NCBI GenBank assembly: GCA_021781215.1
Contig: JAJXXC010000006.1
Coordinates: 11,029-75,028, forward strand
Direction: 5' to 3'
Length of the DNA: 64,000 nt
Source: a bacterium
GTDB taxonomy: Bacteria > Patescibacteriota > Saccharimonadia > Saccharimonadales > DATKHC01
The translations under genes were made by a program, and so were the position numbers. Shown here one piece after another: positions 40,794 through 49,474 of this stretch. Within the stretch, counting starts at the first letter, position 1. Every line of letters starts with the position of its first letter. Under the pieces are notes generated by a model, which saw nothing but the letters and a program-made list of their open reading frames with translations, was not told the origin of the DNA and made no database searches.

Positions 40794-41179
40794 GGGGCTG
40801 AATTTAAGCTCGACGTTGGACATTATCAACTAAATCGGCGAGTCGCTTACTGAGCGTTATACGGTAAAAGCCAATAAATGCAAATACATTTATTAGTCGC
40901 GTAAAGTCATTCTTTACTCCGCAAAGTTATGCTTTCGCAACCTTTGCAGCTTAAACGTTGCAAACGCAAACCAGAATGACGTCAGATAGTTCGGTTTTGT
41001 GTCATTTATCTGAATGCTTAGTATTTAGTGCCCCTAAATACTACTAAGACTTAGGGCTTAGGTACCTAGTTTTTGATTATTTGTTCTCTAGGAACTGAAA
41101 ATTACAAATAATCTACACTCGTAGAAGATTAGTTAAGGTAATCCTTCGGACGTGGGTGTGATACCCACCAGCTCCACCA
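40794..41179 (+). ncRNA. ssrA: tmRNA
   Basis: 5' GGGGCTG...CTCGAC pairs with 3' CAGCTCC-ACCA; tag ORF 40880-40954 ANTFISRVKSFFTPQSYAFATFAA* after TAAAT; TATAAT at -10. Confidence 0.95.
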
Positions 41180-41191
41180 TAAGCATTATTA

Positions 41192-41220
41192 CCTCTGTTA
41201 ATTCAGGGGTTTTTGATTTT
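41192..41220 (+). terminator. terminator-like hairpin after tmRNA, repeated after most array cores
   Basis: CCTCTG-TTAATT-CAGGGG followed by a T-run. Confidence 0.7.
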
Positions 41221-41311
41221 TATAACACGTTAGTATATTGACAACTCCACGAAATAAAAGTTAAATTAGGCTAAGTAACTCTAACAAAACGAAATTAAAA
41301 AGGAAAAGCTA

Positions 41312-42223
41312 ATGTCAGAAGAAGTAAATGATAGTCAGGAACTAGTATATTTACCTAAACAATCAATATTGGGTGGTGGTGAGGATGAAGTTGATAGTGG
41401 CCCATTTCCAAAATCACCAGATGATGAGCCAACACAAGAACTTCCTATTGTTAGACCACTAGCATCCGAACAACCAACGCAGGAAGTACCTATAGTTACT
41501 CCTCCAAACACACTACCTAAGGGCGATTTGGAGTCCTTAGGCGATCAACCTGAAGATACTCGAATGAAAAATGTTGATAAGTCACATGTTGAGGCGTTAG
41601 CCTACGGAAGAAGCCCGTCGATTCCGAGACATGCTGACACTTATGCAGCAGAATCAGGTAACAAATATGAGCTTCAAATAGTAGCTGAAAGAGCCGGCAA
41701 ATCTATAGAGGAAATTGAAGAGATAATCAACGACGATATTAGTGCAAGCTTGACTTATGGTCGTCAGATGATTGAACATCAGTTGGATTTTGGTGAAAAA
41801 CTTGAGTTGAATCAAGAAGTCTTTTTAGCAATTTGTAAAATTGCTGATGCCTTAAGGGAAAAATCTAGTTCGAGTTTACCCGTGGCTATTTATCGTAGAA
41901 GACTTTATGACAACACTTTAATACTAATTAGAGGACATGATTTCGCTGGAAGAGTAGTAGGGTCTGTAATGGATCTTGAAGTATATGACCCGCAAACTAG
42001 TAGTACGAAGATATGGACTGCTTCTCCGTATAGAAGCACTCTTGTAGGTGGAGATTTAACCTACGCAGATAATGGCGTCTTTACTTTGGTTGAAACTACA
42101 GAAAACGAAGGAAAATTTATTCGGGTTAATAAGGAAAGTGTTAAGCCGTTGGATGAAGACGATGTAAGCCAGCTAAAGAATCTTGCGGATTCAATATTGC
42201 TTCGGCAAAATGACTTCAAATAA
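41312..42223 (+). CDS. hypothetical protein (cassette 1)
   Basis: 303 aa; acidic/Pro-rich N-terminus with duplicated PTQE[LV]PIV. Confidence 0.65.
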   Translation: MSEEVNDSQELVYLPKQSILGGGEDEVDSGPFPKSPDDEPTQELPIVRPLASEQPTQEVPIVTPPNTLPKGDLESLGDQPEDTRMKNVDKSHVEALAYGRSPSIPRHADTYAAESGNKYELQIVAERAGKSIEEIEEIINDDISASLTYGRQMIEHQLDFGEKLELNQEVFLAICKIADALREKSSSSLPVAIYRRRLYDNTLILIRGHDFAGRVVGSVMDLEVYDPQTSSTKIWTASPYRSTLVGGDLTYADNGVFTLVETTENEGKFIRVNKESVKPLDEDDVSQLKNLADSILLRQNDFK

Positions 42224-42273
42224 ATAATAATTTAGTATGTATCACATGCCTAACGCTAAAGTTATATAGTCGT

Positions 42274-42432
42274 TTAGACCTTAGACGATTCTTTTGGTAT
42301 TTCTGCTGTTATCCAAATATCATCAGTCCTGCAGACATAGTGAGTGCGATTATATTGCTTAGAATCCCTGGGGTTATGGCTAGTTTCCTCAGTAATTATT
42401 TCCATTGGTGTATTGCATTTAGGGCAGTTCAT
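42274..42432 (-). CDS. small Cys-containing (zinc-ribbon-like) protein
   Basis: Hand translation MNCPKCNTPME...HYVCRTDDIWITAEIPKESSKV* (52 aa); TATAAT just upstream. Confidence 0.55.
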   Translation of the reverse strand: MNCPKCNTPMEIITEETSHNPRDSKQYNRTHYVCRTDDIWITAEIPKESSKV

Positions 42433-42448
42433 TACTTATATTATATAC

Positions 42449-42585
42449 CTAAGTTCAATACGCTCTATCCCACTCTGAACCAATAATATTCTTACATCTA
42501 CTCAGCTCTTCGTAAATTTGGTGCCAATTTTCTAATAGTTGCTCCACTATAAACATTGTTGTCTCTGTTAATGCATAGATTTTCG
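42449..42585 (+). repeat. tmRNA array repeat T1
   Basis: Core GCTCCACTA; minus strand IVEQLLENWHQIYEELSRCKNIIGSEWDRAY*. Confidence 0.85.
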
Positions 42586-42630
42586 TTATGTGCCATTGAC
42601 AAAACTAATAGAGTATGTTAATTTCTGTTT

Positions 42631-42912
42631 ATGTTAGAAAACGCTAAATCAGAACAATTGGACAAAGGATACGAAATACTTAAACTTAAACTTCGGACTG
42701 CAAGACTAATGAAAGCATCGGGTTTTTTAGGAAGTATTTCTTGCGGCGTGCAGGCAGTAGAACATGGTCATGGACGTGTTCAGGATGCGCTTATAGCAGG
42801 AGTTGCTCTTTATGGTGCTTTACTTGGCGTAGGCATATCAGAAACTCATAAAGCTAAGTTAGAACTAATACGAATAGAGCCGAATAGGACAAACTGGGAA
42901 ACAAATGAATAG
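42631..42912 (+). CDS. hypothetical membrane protein (cassette)
   Basis: 93 aa; TTGACA-17-TAATTT, 6 nt before ATG. Confidence 0.6.
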   Translation: MLENAKSEQLDKGYEILKLKLRTARLMKASGFLGSISCGVQAVEHGHGRVQDALIAGVALYGALLGVGISETHKAKLELIRIEPNRTNWETNE

Positions 42913-42921
42913 GCTCAATAT

Positions 42922-42978
42922 ACTTAGTCATACACAAACTTCTTAAGTATTTACCTGTTTTAATTCAGAGGTTTTTTG
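42922..42978 (+). repeat. internally deleted tmRNA array repeat
   Basis: Keeps the left edge ACTTAGTCATAC and the hairpin half TTAATTCAGAGGTTTTTTG. Confidence 0.55.
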
Positions 42979-43054
42979 TATTTAATTTGTAATTATTAAG
43001 ATTGAGAGAAAGCACATCATAGCGTAAACTATAAGTGTTATTAAAAAATTGACT

Positions 43055-43207
43055 ATGCCAAATAAAAAATCTTTTAAACCAAACGGTATAAATCAACGGT
43101 TTAAGAAAGTATTTTCACCATTTCTAATTATAATTTGTATTTTAGCATCAATCGCCTTCCTGCTTTTTGTATGGGCTTTGGCTCATACCAAAAACATAGG
43201 ATATTAA
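43055..43207 (+). CDS. small single-TM protein (cassette)
   Basis: Hand translation MPNKKSFKPNGINQRFKKVFSPFLIIICILASIAFLLFVWALAHTKNIGY* (50 aa). Confidence 0.5.
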   Translation: MPNKKSFKPNGINQRFKKVFSPFLIIICILASIAFLLFVWALAHTKNIGY

Positions 43208-43283
43208 GAACAGCTGTATCTTTAGTATGGTCTAAGCATATATATTATCTACTGTAGTATTATCGTATAGATGAGTGCTTAAT

Positions 43284-43433
43284 CTTAAGTTATACAAAAC
43301 TCTTTTTGTTCTTATTCTATTCGAAACCAATAATACCCCCCCATCTAATCAGTTCTTCATAAATTGGGTGCCAATTTTTTAGTATATGCTCCACCATAAG
43401 CATTATGACCTCTGGTAATTCAGGGTTTTTTTG
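43284..43433 (+). repeat. tmRNA array repeat T2
   Basis: Core GCTCCACCA plus TAAGCATTATGACCTCTGGTAATTCAGGG; minus strand MVEHILKNWHPIYEELIRWGGIIGFE*. Confidence 0.92.
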
Positions 43434-43456
43434 TTTATTTTGCTATTATTAATCCA

Positions 43457-43891
43457 ATGGAAGAATATGATAAAGATTTATATTTTGTTGCAATAAAAGT
43501 CTTTTTAAGAGATGGTAACAAACTGCTAATAATTCATGACATTTTCGGTGATTGGGATTTACCTGGTGGACGAATTAAGAAAGATGAATTTAATACTTCC
43601 CTTGAATTAGTTCTAAATAGAAAAATGAAAGAGGAAATAGGAGAGGAGGTCGAGTATGGCGAACCTAAACAGAATGGTATTTTCTTTCGAGTAGAACGTT
43701 TAGAATATGGCATCAATCAAAACGTGAGAATATTTGCGGTGGGTTATGATGCTGAGTATAAAGGTGGTGAAGTCACCCTTGGAAAACATATAAGCGATTT
43801 TAAATGGGTTGATATTAATAATTTTAATCCTAAGGAATATTTTAGAGGTGGATGGTTAAGGGGTGTTGAAGACTACTTAATATCCAAATAA
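43457..43891 (+). CDS. NUDIX hydrolase (cassette)
   Basis: WDLPGGRI...E...LNRKMKEEIG. Confidence 0.85.
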   Translation: MEEYDKDLYFVAIKVFLRDGNKLLIIHDIFGDWDLPGGRIKKDEFNTSLELVLNRKMKEEIGEEVEYGEPKQNGIFFRVERLEYGINQNVRIFAVGYDAEYKGGEVTLGKHISDFKWVDINNFNPKEYFRGGWLRGVEDYLISK

Positions 43892-43925
43892 GCATTATGA
43901 CCTATGTATATGAGGTCTTTTTCTT
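43883..43925 (+). repeat. partial tmRNA array repeat (right half only)
   Basis: TCCAAATAAGCATTATGACCT...AGGTCTTTTT overlapping the NUDIX stop codon. Confidence 0.6.
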
Positions 43926-43946
43926 TTATTTGGTATTATATAGATT

Positions 43947-44507
43947 ATGAAAAGTATAGTCTTGTTTGGTGATAGCTTCTTAGCAAATATTGATAAAGCA
44001 GCGACTCTGAAACTACAAGATAAAATACCTAATTCTGTTATATATAACTGTGCAACTGGCGGATTTGATACTAGTGATTGTCTAATTAGAGCTTCTCTAG
44101 TCTCTAAAATGAAAGCAGACTATATTATTATTTCAATAGGTACTAATGACGCTTCACCCTGGAAACAAGTTCCTCTAGAAGTTTTTAAGTCAAATTTAAT
44201 AAAAATTATAGACATTTTGAAAGATTCGAAACTTGTCTACTTTCTCCCTCCACCAGTTGATGAATCTAAACACGACCCAGCTAAGATACGAAAAAACGAG
44301 ACCATGAATGAGTATCGTGAGTCAGTAAGAAAAATATTAGGTGATAAGGTAGTTTACTTAAACTCAGACGACTTCTATGGCAAACTCGGTAAACATGGAA
44401 TTGAGTACCATATTTCTGATGGAGTCCATCTTAATCAAGTTGGTTATGTAACTCTATTTAATGAGCTCTCGAAATTGTTTACTAAATTGTTAAATTCTAG
44501 TGCCTAA
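43947..44507 (+). CDS. SGNH/GDSL hydrolase (cassette)
   Basis: FGDS, IGTND, DGVHLN. Confidence 0.9.
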   Translation: MKSIVLFGDSFLANIDKAATLKLQDKIPNSVIYNCATGGFDTSDCLIRASLVSKMKADYIIISIGTNDASPWKQVPLEVFKSNLIKIIDILKDSKLVYFLPPPVDESKHDPAKIRKNETMNEYRESVRKILGDKVVYLNSDDFYGKLGKHGIEYHISDGVHLNQVGYVTLFNELSKLFTKLLNSSA

Positions 44508-44657
44508 CACTTAAGTTGTACAAACCCTCTTATCTCTATTCCAATCTGAACCAATAATCTCTCCCCATCTAATCAGTTCTTCATAAATTTGGTGCCAATT
44601 TTTTAGCAGATGATCCACTATAAGCATTACGGCCTCTGTTAATTCAGGGGTTTTTTG
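44507..44657 (+). repeat. tmRNA array repeat T3
   Basis: Core GATCCACTA plus hairpin; minus strand IVDHLLKNWHQIYEELIRWGEIIGSDWNRDKRVCTT*. Confidence 0.93.
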
Positions 44658-44691
44658 TTATATATACAGAAGATAAGTTAAACTTAATGCA

Positions 44692-45543
44692 ATGAATAAA
44701 TCCGAAGATAGCGCAGTAATTAAGTACTATAAAACCAAAGAATCGCTTTGGGGTTATAACTTGATTCTTAAGGGTGTTAAACATTTTGGATATTACCCTA
44801 AAGGAAAAGAAAATATATCTATTGCAGACGCACAAGAAATAATGAGTATTGAGGTAGGTAAACAGTTAAACTTAAGCAAGGATTCATTAGTTCTTGACGC
44901 TGGTTGTGGAGAGGGCCCAGTGTCGGTGGCTATTGCTCAGAAATATAAATATCGTCTAGAGGGTCTAGATTTGTTGGACTTTAATGTTGAACACGCAAAC
45001 GAGAGAGCTAAAAAGGCTGGTGTAAGTGATAGAGCACACTTTCAAGTAGGTAATTATTCGAAGCTAGATTTTCCCGATAATCATTTTGATGGAGTGTTTA
45101 TGGTTGAGACTTTCGTACATGCCCCAGATTACAAAAAAGTCTTAAAAGAGATTCGTAGAGTGTTAAAACCTGGCGGCAAGTTGGTTATTGCTGAATATAC
45201 TAAATCACCAGACGAAGAACTAACACCTAGGCAGAGGAGAATACTTGAAAATATCATAGTGTTTTCATCTATGCCTAGTTTCAGATACTTCATTAATGAT
45301 AAGTTTGCGGAATTAATTTCAGCTGAAGGATTTAATGACGTCAAGACGTCTAACATTAGTCAGAGAATTGAGCCAATGACTAAAAAACTATATTATATTG
45401 CGATAATTCCATATCAGATAATCCGTCTTTTTAAACTTCAAAAACACTTCATAAATACAATGTGGGGGGTATATCATTACCCGTATAATAAAATAGGCAT
45501 TTGGAGGTATAACATTACCACTTGCACTAAACCTAACAGATAG
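44692..45543 (+). CDS. class I SAM-dependent methyltransferase (cassette)
   Basis: HFGYY, VLDAGCGEG, FPDNHFD, RVLKPGG. Confidence 0.9.
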   Translation: MNKSEDSAVIKYYKTKESLWGYNLILKGVKHFGYYPKGKENISIADAQEIMSIEVGKQLNLSKDSLVLDAGCGEGPVSVAIAQKYKYRLEGLDLLDFNVEHANERAKKAGVSDRAHFQVGNYSKLDFPDNHFDGVFMVETFVHAPDYKKVLKEIRRVLKPGGKLVIAEYTKSPDEELTPRQRRILENIIVFSSMPSFRYFINDKFAELISAEGFNDVKTSNISQRIEPMTKKLYYIAIIPYQIIRLFKLQKHFINTMWGVYHYPYNKIGIWRYNITTCTKPNR

Positions 45544-45554
45544 GTTGGTGTTCA

Positions 45555-45704
45555 ACACTTAAGTTACATAATTTCTCTTTGTTTTAGCCCATACGGAATC
45601 AATAATACCCCTCCATCTAATCAGTTCATCATAGATTTGGTGCCAATTTTTTAGCAGATGATCCACCATAAGCACTATGACCTCTGTTAATTCAGGAATT
45701 TTTG
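45555..45704 (+). repeat. tmRNA array repeat T4
   Basis: Core GATCCACCA plus hairpin; intact minus-strand ORF 45669..45559 MVDHLLKNWHQIYDELIRWRGIIDSVWAKTKRNYVT*. Confidence 0.93.
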
Positions 45705-45752
45705 TATTGGTTATGCTTGTGGAAATATACCTAAGGTATCACAATATAAATC

Positions 45753-46592
45753 ATGCGTTCCACTGAACACAGACTAGGCGGTGAATTACCAGAAGCCGAA
45801 GTTAGTAATGAGCAAATTGATGCTCGTTTAAATGAGTGGCTTGAACTCGCAAGAGCACACCCCGGTGAATTAGTCATAGTATATGAAGATATCCATCGCG
45901 TAGATTTATCTATGGCAAGAATTCGTAATGATATTGACGAGGTAGTACCTAGTAGAACTTTAGCTGGGATTACTATCGCCGAATCACCTACTATATCTAA
46001 CAACGGTTACGGGATGAGTGAGCATGACCATGCTTTATCTCTAGATATAACCCAAATATACGAATCGTTTCAATTATACAGGTTATGGTTAGGAGAGAAG
46101 TATGGAGAATTACCAAAAGTTCAAGTAGTATTTGGTAATGAAGCAGTTGCTGACTGGTTCATGCGAAGTAGTCATTTGCCTTATGTTGAACCATATATAT
46201 ACGTACTGATGGTTAAGCGTTTAGGTTTTGAACCTAAAACTACACCCGAAATAATAGCATCGGTTGCTGACTACAGAGCTAAGGTTATAATTAATCTGGC
46301 AGAGTTAGTGCTCAAACAGACTGATATTAATACAAAAATTGATAAAATTTATAAGAGTGTAGGAGGGAGGGCACAATCACTGCATAGTGGTCTAGCTATT
46401 GGGATGGCACCAGAAAGTTTCATGGAGGCAGGTTTCAGAACATATCAAAATCGCTTAGATAGAGATAATAATGCCAAACACATCGATAGATTAAAGCGAG
46501 AATTAATTAGTTTAGACATAGTAAAAGAAGAATTTTATCAGACGATTGCAGAAATATTTGGTTTAAGTTTAGACTTGCCTCGACCCGAGTAG
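45753..46592 (+). CDS. hypothetical protein (cassette)
   Basis: 279-aa ORF between repeats. Confidence 0.65.
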   Translation: MRSTEHRLGGELPEAEVSNEQIDARLNEWLELARAHPGELVIVYEDIHRVDLSMARIRNDIDEVVPSRTLAGITIAESPTISNNGYGMSEHDHALSLDITQIYESFQLYRLWLGEKYGELPKVQVVFGNEAVADWFMRSSHLPYVEPYIYVLMVKRLGFEPKTTPEIIASVADYRAKVIINLAELVLKQTDINTKIDKIYKSVGGRAQSLHSGLAIGMAPESFMEAGFRTYQNRLDRDNNAKHIDRLKRELISLDIVKEEFYQTIAEIFGLSLDLPRPE

Positions 46593-46732
46593 ATTATCTA
46601 TATCTCCTATACAGTTCCACCTTGTATCAATGATTCCATTCCATCTAATTAGTTCTTCATAAATTTGGTGCCAATTTTTCAATAGATACTCCACCATATA
46701 CAATGCCACCTCCGTCAATTCAGAGGTTTTTG
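46593..46732 (+). repeat. tmRNA array repeat T5
   Basis: Core ACTCCACCA; minus strand MVEYLLKNWHQIYEELIRWNGIIDTRWNC... Confidence 0.9.
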
Positions 46733-46754
46733 TTATTTTAAGCATATAAATAGA

Positions 46755-46783
46755 TTGACAAATAATAATATATAGTGTAGAAT
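46755..46783 (+). promoter_or_regulatory. consensus sigma70 promoter, leaderless start
   Basis: TTGACA-17-TAGAAT, 6 nt before ATG 46790. Confidence 0.75.
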
Positions 46784-46789
46784 ATCTTT

Positions 46790-47062
46790 ATGAATAATAA
46801 AGGTCGAGAAATAATTTCAAGAGCAGTGAATGGTGTTATGTATAGTCCGCATCCAAACGGAGAGGAACATGTTAGGTATTTTAGACTAAGAGGCTTATCC
46901 TCGATTCCAGAATCCGTACTAAATCATCTAGATGAAGCTGGATTGATGGAAACTCCCGGTATTATTTCTCCTGATATTCCTGTCGATACACCCATATTAA
47001 GGATAATTGGCTTAACTACTGATGGGATATTATTTGAGGATATACACGTTCCCAAAAGATAG
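46790..47062 (+). CDS. hypothetical protein (cassette)
   Basis: 90-aa ORF with its own promoter. Confidence 0.6.
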   Translation: MNNKGREIISRAVNGVMYSPHPNGEEHVRYFRLRGLSSIPESVLNHLDEAGLMETPGIISPDIPVDTPILRIIGLTTDGILFEDIHVPKR

Positions 47063-47069
47063 TCTTCTC

Positions 47070-47218
47070 TTTTGATATTCAATCTCTTGTTTATACTCTA
47101 TCTACTCATCCCAGAGTAAATATTTTCATCTTCTTATTTCTTCAAATATAAGGTGTGAATTATTTTCGAGGTGCTCCACCATGAGCATTACGGCCTCTGT
47201 TAATTCAGAGGTTTTTAT
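47070..47218 (+). repeat. tmRNA array repeat T6 (divergent type)
   Basis: Core GCTCCACCA plus hairpin; minus strand MVEHLENNSHLIFEEIRR*KYLLWDE*, with stops at the Trp positions. Confidence 0.8.
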
Positions 47219-47264
47219 TGTTAATATGCTTGTAATTTGTGGTACTGGGGCCTAATATACCAAT

Positions 47265-47699
47265 ATGGACTTAGATAAACTAAGGAAATTTGAATCAGAT
47301 AGAAAAGATGAAGAAGATTTATATATACAAATTGGAAGTATAGTTTTAAATCCCGACGCTAGCTTAAATGACTATGTCTTAGCTACAATAAGTGTGTTAA
47401 GTCGACAAGAAAATGGACCCATAAGCCGCCACCTTTTAGAGTACGTAACTAAAGGTGTTGCCCAGTATGCATTTTGGGATAACGACAGTAGCGGAAAACC
47501 TATATTCGAATATGGTAACGATGCAGAACATGTAAGAAAACAGACTATAAGATCATTCGCTGATTTATATGAGCAATATTTCATAACACAAGATTTATCA
47601 CCCAGCAGTGAGACTAGTGGAAAAATTTCTATAACAGATAGTGGTTTAAATGCCCTTAGGAGTGTTATGCCAGAAGAAGATTTATCTAGAGTCGATTGA
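47265..47699 (+). CDS. hypothetical protein (cassette)
   Basis: 144-aa ORF between repeats. Confidence 0.6.
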   Translation: MDLDKLRKFESDRKDEEDLYIQIGSIVLNPDASLNDYVLATISVLSRQENGPISRHLLEYVTKGVAQYAFWDNDSSGKPIFEYGNDAEHVRKQTIRSFADLYEQYFITQDLSPSSETSGKISITDSGLNALRSVMPEEDLSRVD

Positions 47700-47732
47700 G
47701 AATCTGGAATAATTCTTAAAAAAATAATGCCC

Positions 47733-47850
47733 AACATTCAAGTTATATAACCTCTCTTATACCTATTCCAATCAGAACCAATAATCTCTCTCCATCTAAT
47801 CAGTTCTTCATAAATTTGGTGCCAATTTTTTAATAGATGATTCGCTATTA
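47733..47850 (+). repeat. tmRNA array repeat T7
   Basis: Minus strand IANHLLKNWHQIYEELIRWREIIGSDWNRYKRGYIT*; core eroded and hairpin absent. Confidence 0.88.
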
Positions 47851-47898
47851 ACTTATAAGTTTTTATATATGGTAGGGCTGTCTAGTATAATAGTATCA

Positions 47899-48603
47899 AT
47901 GAACCAATTTTCTGCTCACCCAGGCCAACCACATAGATCTCATCGAGGTAACTGGCTAAGAGCTTCTGTACTAGGAGTTGATGACGGTATTGTATCTGTT
48001 TCAAGTTTAATGTTGGGAGTTTCTACTGCTCATGCCAATAGCTCAATAATATTAACTGCGGGAATTGCCGGGTTAGTCGCCGGAGCTCTATCAATGGCAA
48101 CGGGAGAATATGTGTCAGTAAGCTCGCAGCGTGACTCAGAAAAAGCAGATATTCTTATGGAAACTCGTTCTCTAGAAGACAACCCGGACGAAGAACTTGC
48201 AGAGCTAACAGCTATATATGAACATAGAGGCTTAGATCCTAAATTAGCCAAGGCTGTGGCAGAACAATTACATGCACACGATGCGGTTTCTGCACACCTA
48301 AGAGACGAAATAGGTATAGATGGTGATTCTTTAGCAAGGCCAGCTCAGGCAGCCTTAGCATCTGCATTGGCATTCTCTATTGGCGCGATAGTACCCATAA
48401 TCGCAACCTTAGCTGTTAACGGGAATACAAAAATTTTGGCTATTGTAATTGCATCACTAGTGGCATTAGGCATATCTGGGGCTATTGGGGCATTGCTTGG
48501 TGGTGGTAATAGATTATGGGCAGCGGCTAGGGTATTTATCGGAGGCGGTGCTGCGATGGCTATTACTGCACTCATTGGACATGTTATTGGAAGAAGTGTA
48601 TGA
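47899..48603 (+). CDS. VIT1/CCC1 family iron/manganese transporter (cassette)
   Basis: WLRASVLGVDDGIVS, AGALSMATGEYVSVSSQRD; start placed at ATG 47899, 7 nt after TATAAT. Confidence 0.92.
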   Translation: MNQFSAHPGQPHRSHRGNWLRASVLGVDDGIVSVSSLMLGVSTAHANSSIILTAGIAGLVAGALSMATGEYVSVSSQRDSEKADILMETRSLEDNPDEELAELTAIYEHRGLDPKLAKAVAEQLHAHDAVSAHLRDEIGIDGDSLARPAQAALASALAFSIGAIVPIIATLAVNGNTKILAIVIASLVALGISGAIGALLGGGNRLWAAARVFIGGGAAMAITALIGHVIGRSV

Positions 48604-48713
48604 CACTAAAGTTATACAAACCCTATTCCAATCAGTCCTAGATAAATAGAGTGCCAATTTTTTTAAGACATGCTCACCGTGACTATTCAGCCTCTGTAAA
48701 TTAAGAGGTTTTG
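48603..48713 (+). repeat. tmRNA array repeat T8 (distal, internally deleted)
   Basis: ACACTAAAGTTATACAAACCCTATTCCAATC...GTGCCAATTTTTT...TGCTCACCG...CCTCTGTAAATTAAGAGGTTTTG. Confidence 0.75.
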
Positions 48714-48718
48714 TATAT

Positions 48719-48934
48719 CTATTCTGTGAAACGATTTTTCGTCAAAGGGTTGTCTCTTACTAAGTTATTGAGAGTTGCTTTCAAAGTAGAGCGGTCTGAT
48801 AAGGTTGGGCTAAGGCCGTGTTGGAGTAGGTATACGCCAGCATAAGCAACAGCGAAAGCACCAACGCCGGCAGCTGCTCTAACTAGTTTGCTATCTTTAT
48901 TTTCTGAAAGGTAAGCTTTTTGTTTTTCAAACAT
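48719..48934 (-). CDS. hypothetical membrane protein
   Basis: 71 aa with one TM helix. Confidence 0.5.
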   Translation of the reverse strand: MFEKQKAYLSENKDSKLVRAAAGVGAFAVAYAGVYLLQHGLSPTLSDRSTLKATLNNLVRDNPLTKNRFTE

Positions 48935-49034
48935 ATGCTTATATTAACATAAGCATGATAAATTGTCAACTAAGTCAATATTTCAACTATTTGAGAGTAA
49001 CATTACAAATATCTATTTTAAGCTTACTTTTAAA

Positions 49035-49244
49035 TCAGAGTTTTTTGCTCCTAAGTCTTTTAGCAATTTGCCTAAATTGTTGTCTTGACGAATCAACATG
49101 CTTTAATACCATTGCAATAGGCTTTATTGGCGCGTATTGAAAAATGCCATCACTGGGTTCATAGGTATTTGCAATGTATTCCGTGGAATCAACTTTGGGA
49201 CTTCCTTTTGATTTGTTTATTTTAATATGTATTCGGTGAGACAT
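49035..49244 (-). CDS. hypothetical protein
   Basis: 69 aa; AAGGAG RBS upstream. Confidence 0.45.
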   Translation of the reverse strand: MSHRIHIKINKSKGSPKVDSTEYIANTYEPSDGIFQYAPIKPIAMVLKHVDSSRQQFRQIAKRLRSKKL

Positions 49245-49474
49245 AATATCTCCTTCCGCTATTGCTTTGTAAAAACAAAGCCTACTTCTCTTAATAATAT
49301 CCAGTAATCCGGAGTTATTAAAAAAGGTACCCTGCTAGTCATTAGTATAGCTTATATAGCTATTAAAATGCCTATCTATTTAATTGATCTGTTAACGACT
49401 ACTAATACAAGATAAACGTCTTTAAATCGTGTTGACATTTAGAGTAATTAATACAAGAATGAAGTTACTAACTA

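Larger units (their letters stand above)
41180..48713. mobile_element. tmRNA-anchored tandem cassette array (integron-like island)
   Basis: Eight recognisable 110-150-bp repeats plus partial copies, with CTCCACCA-like cores, alternate with single small genes; no integrase present. Confidence 0.8.

Noticed and set aside
47100..47130. TGA at a conserved Trp position suggesting an alternative genetic code
   Set aside because: TAG also replaces Trp in T2 and T6, and TGA ends normal genes such as rsmA; this is mutational decay under code 11.
41180..48713. CRISPR array or classical integron attC array
   Set aside because: Repeats are 110-150 bp, spacers are whole genes, and there are no cas or intI genes. 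I saw no RYYYAAC...GTTRRRY attC palindromes, and the repeats carry tmRNA-end cores instead.
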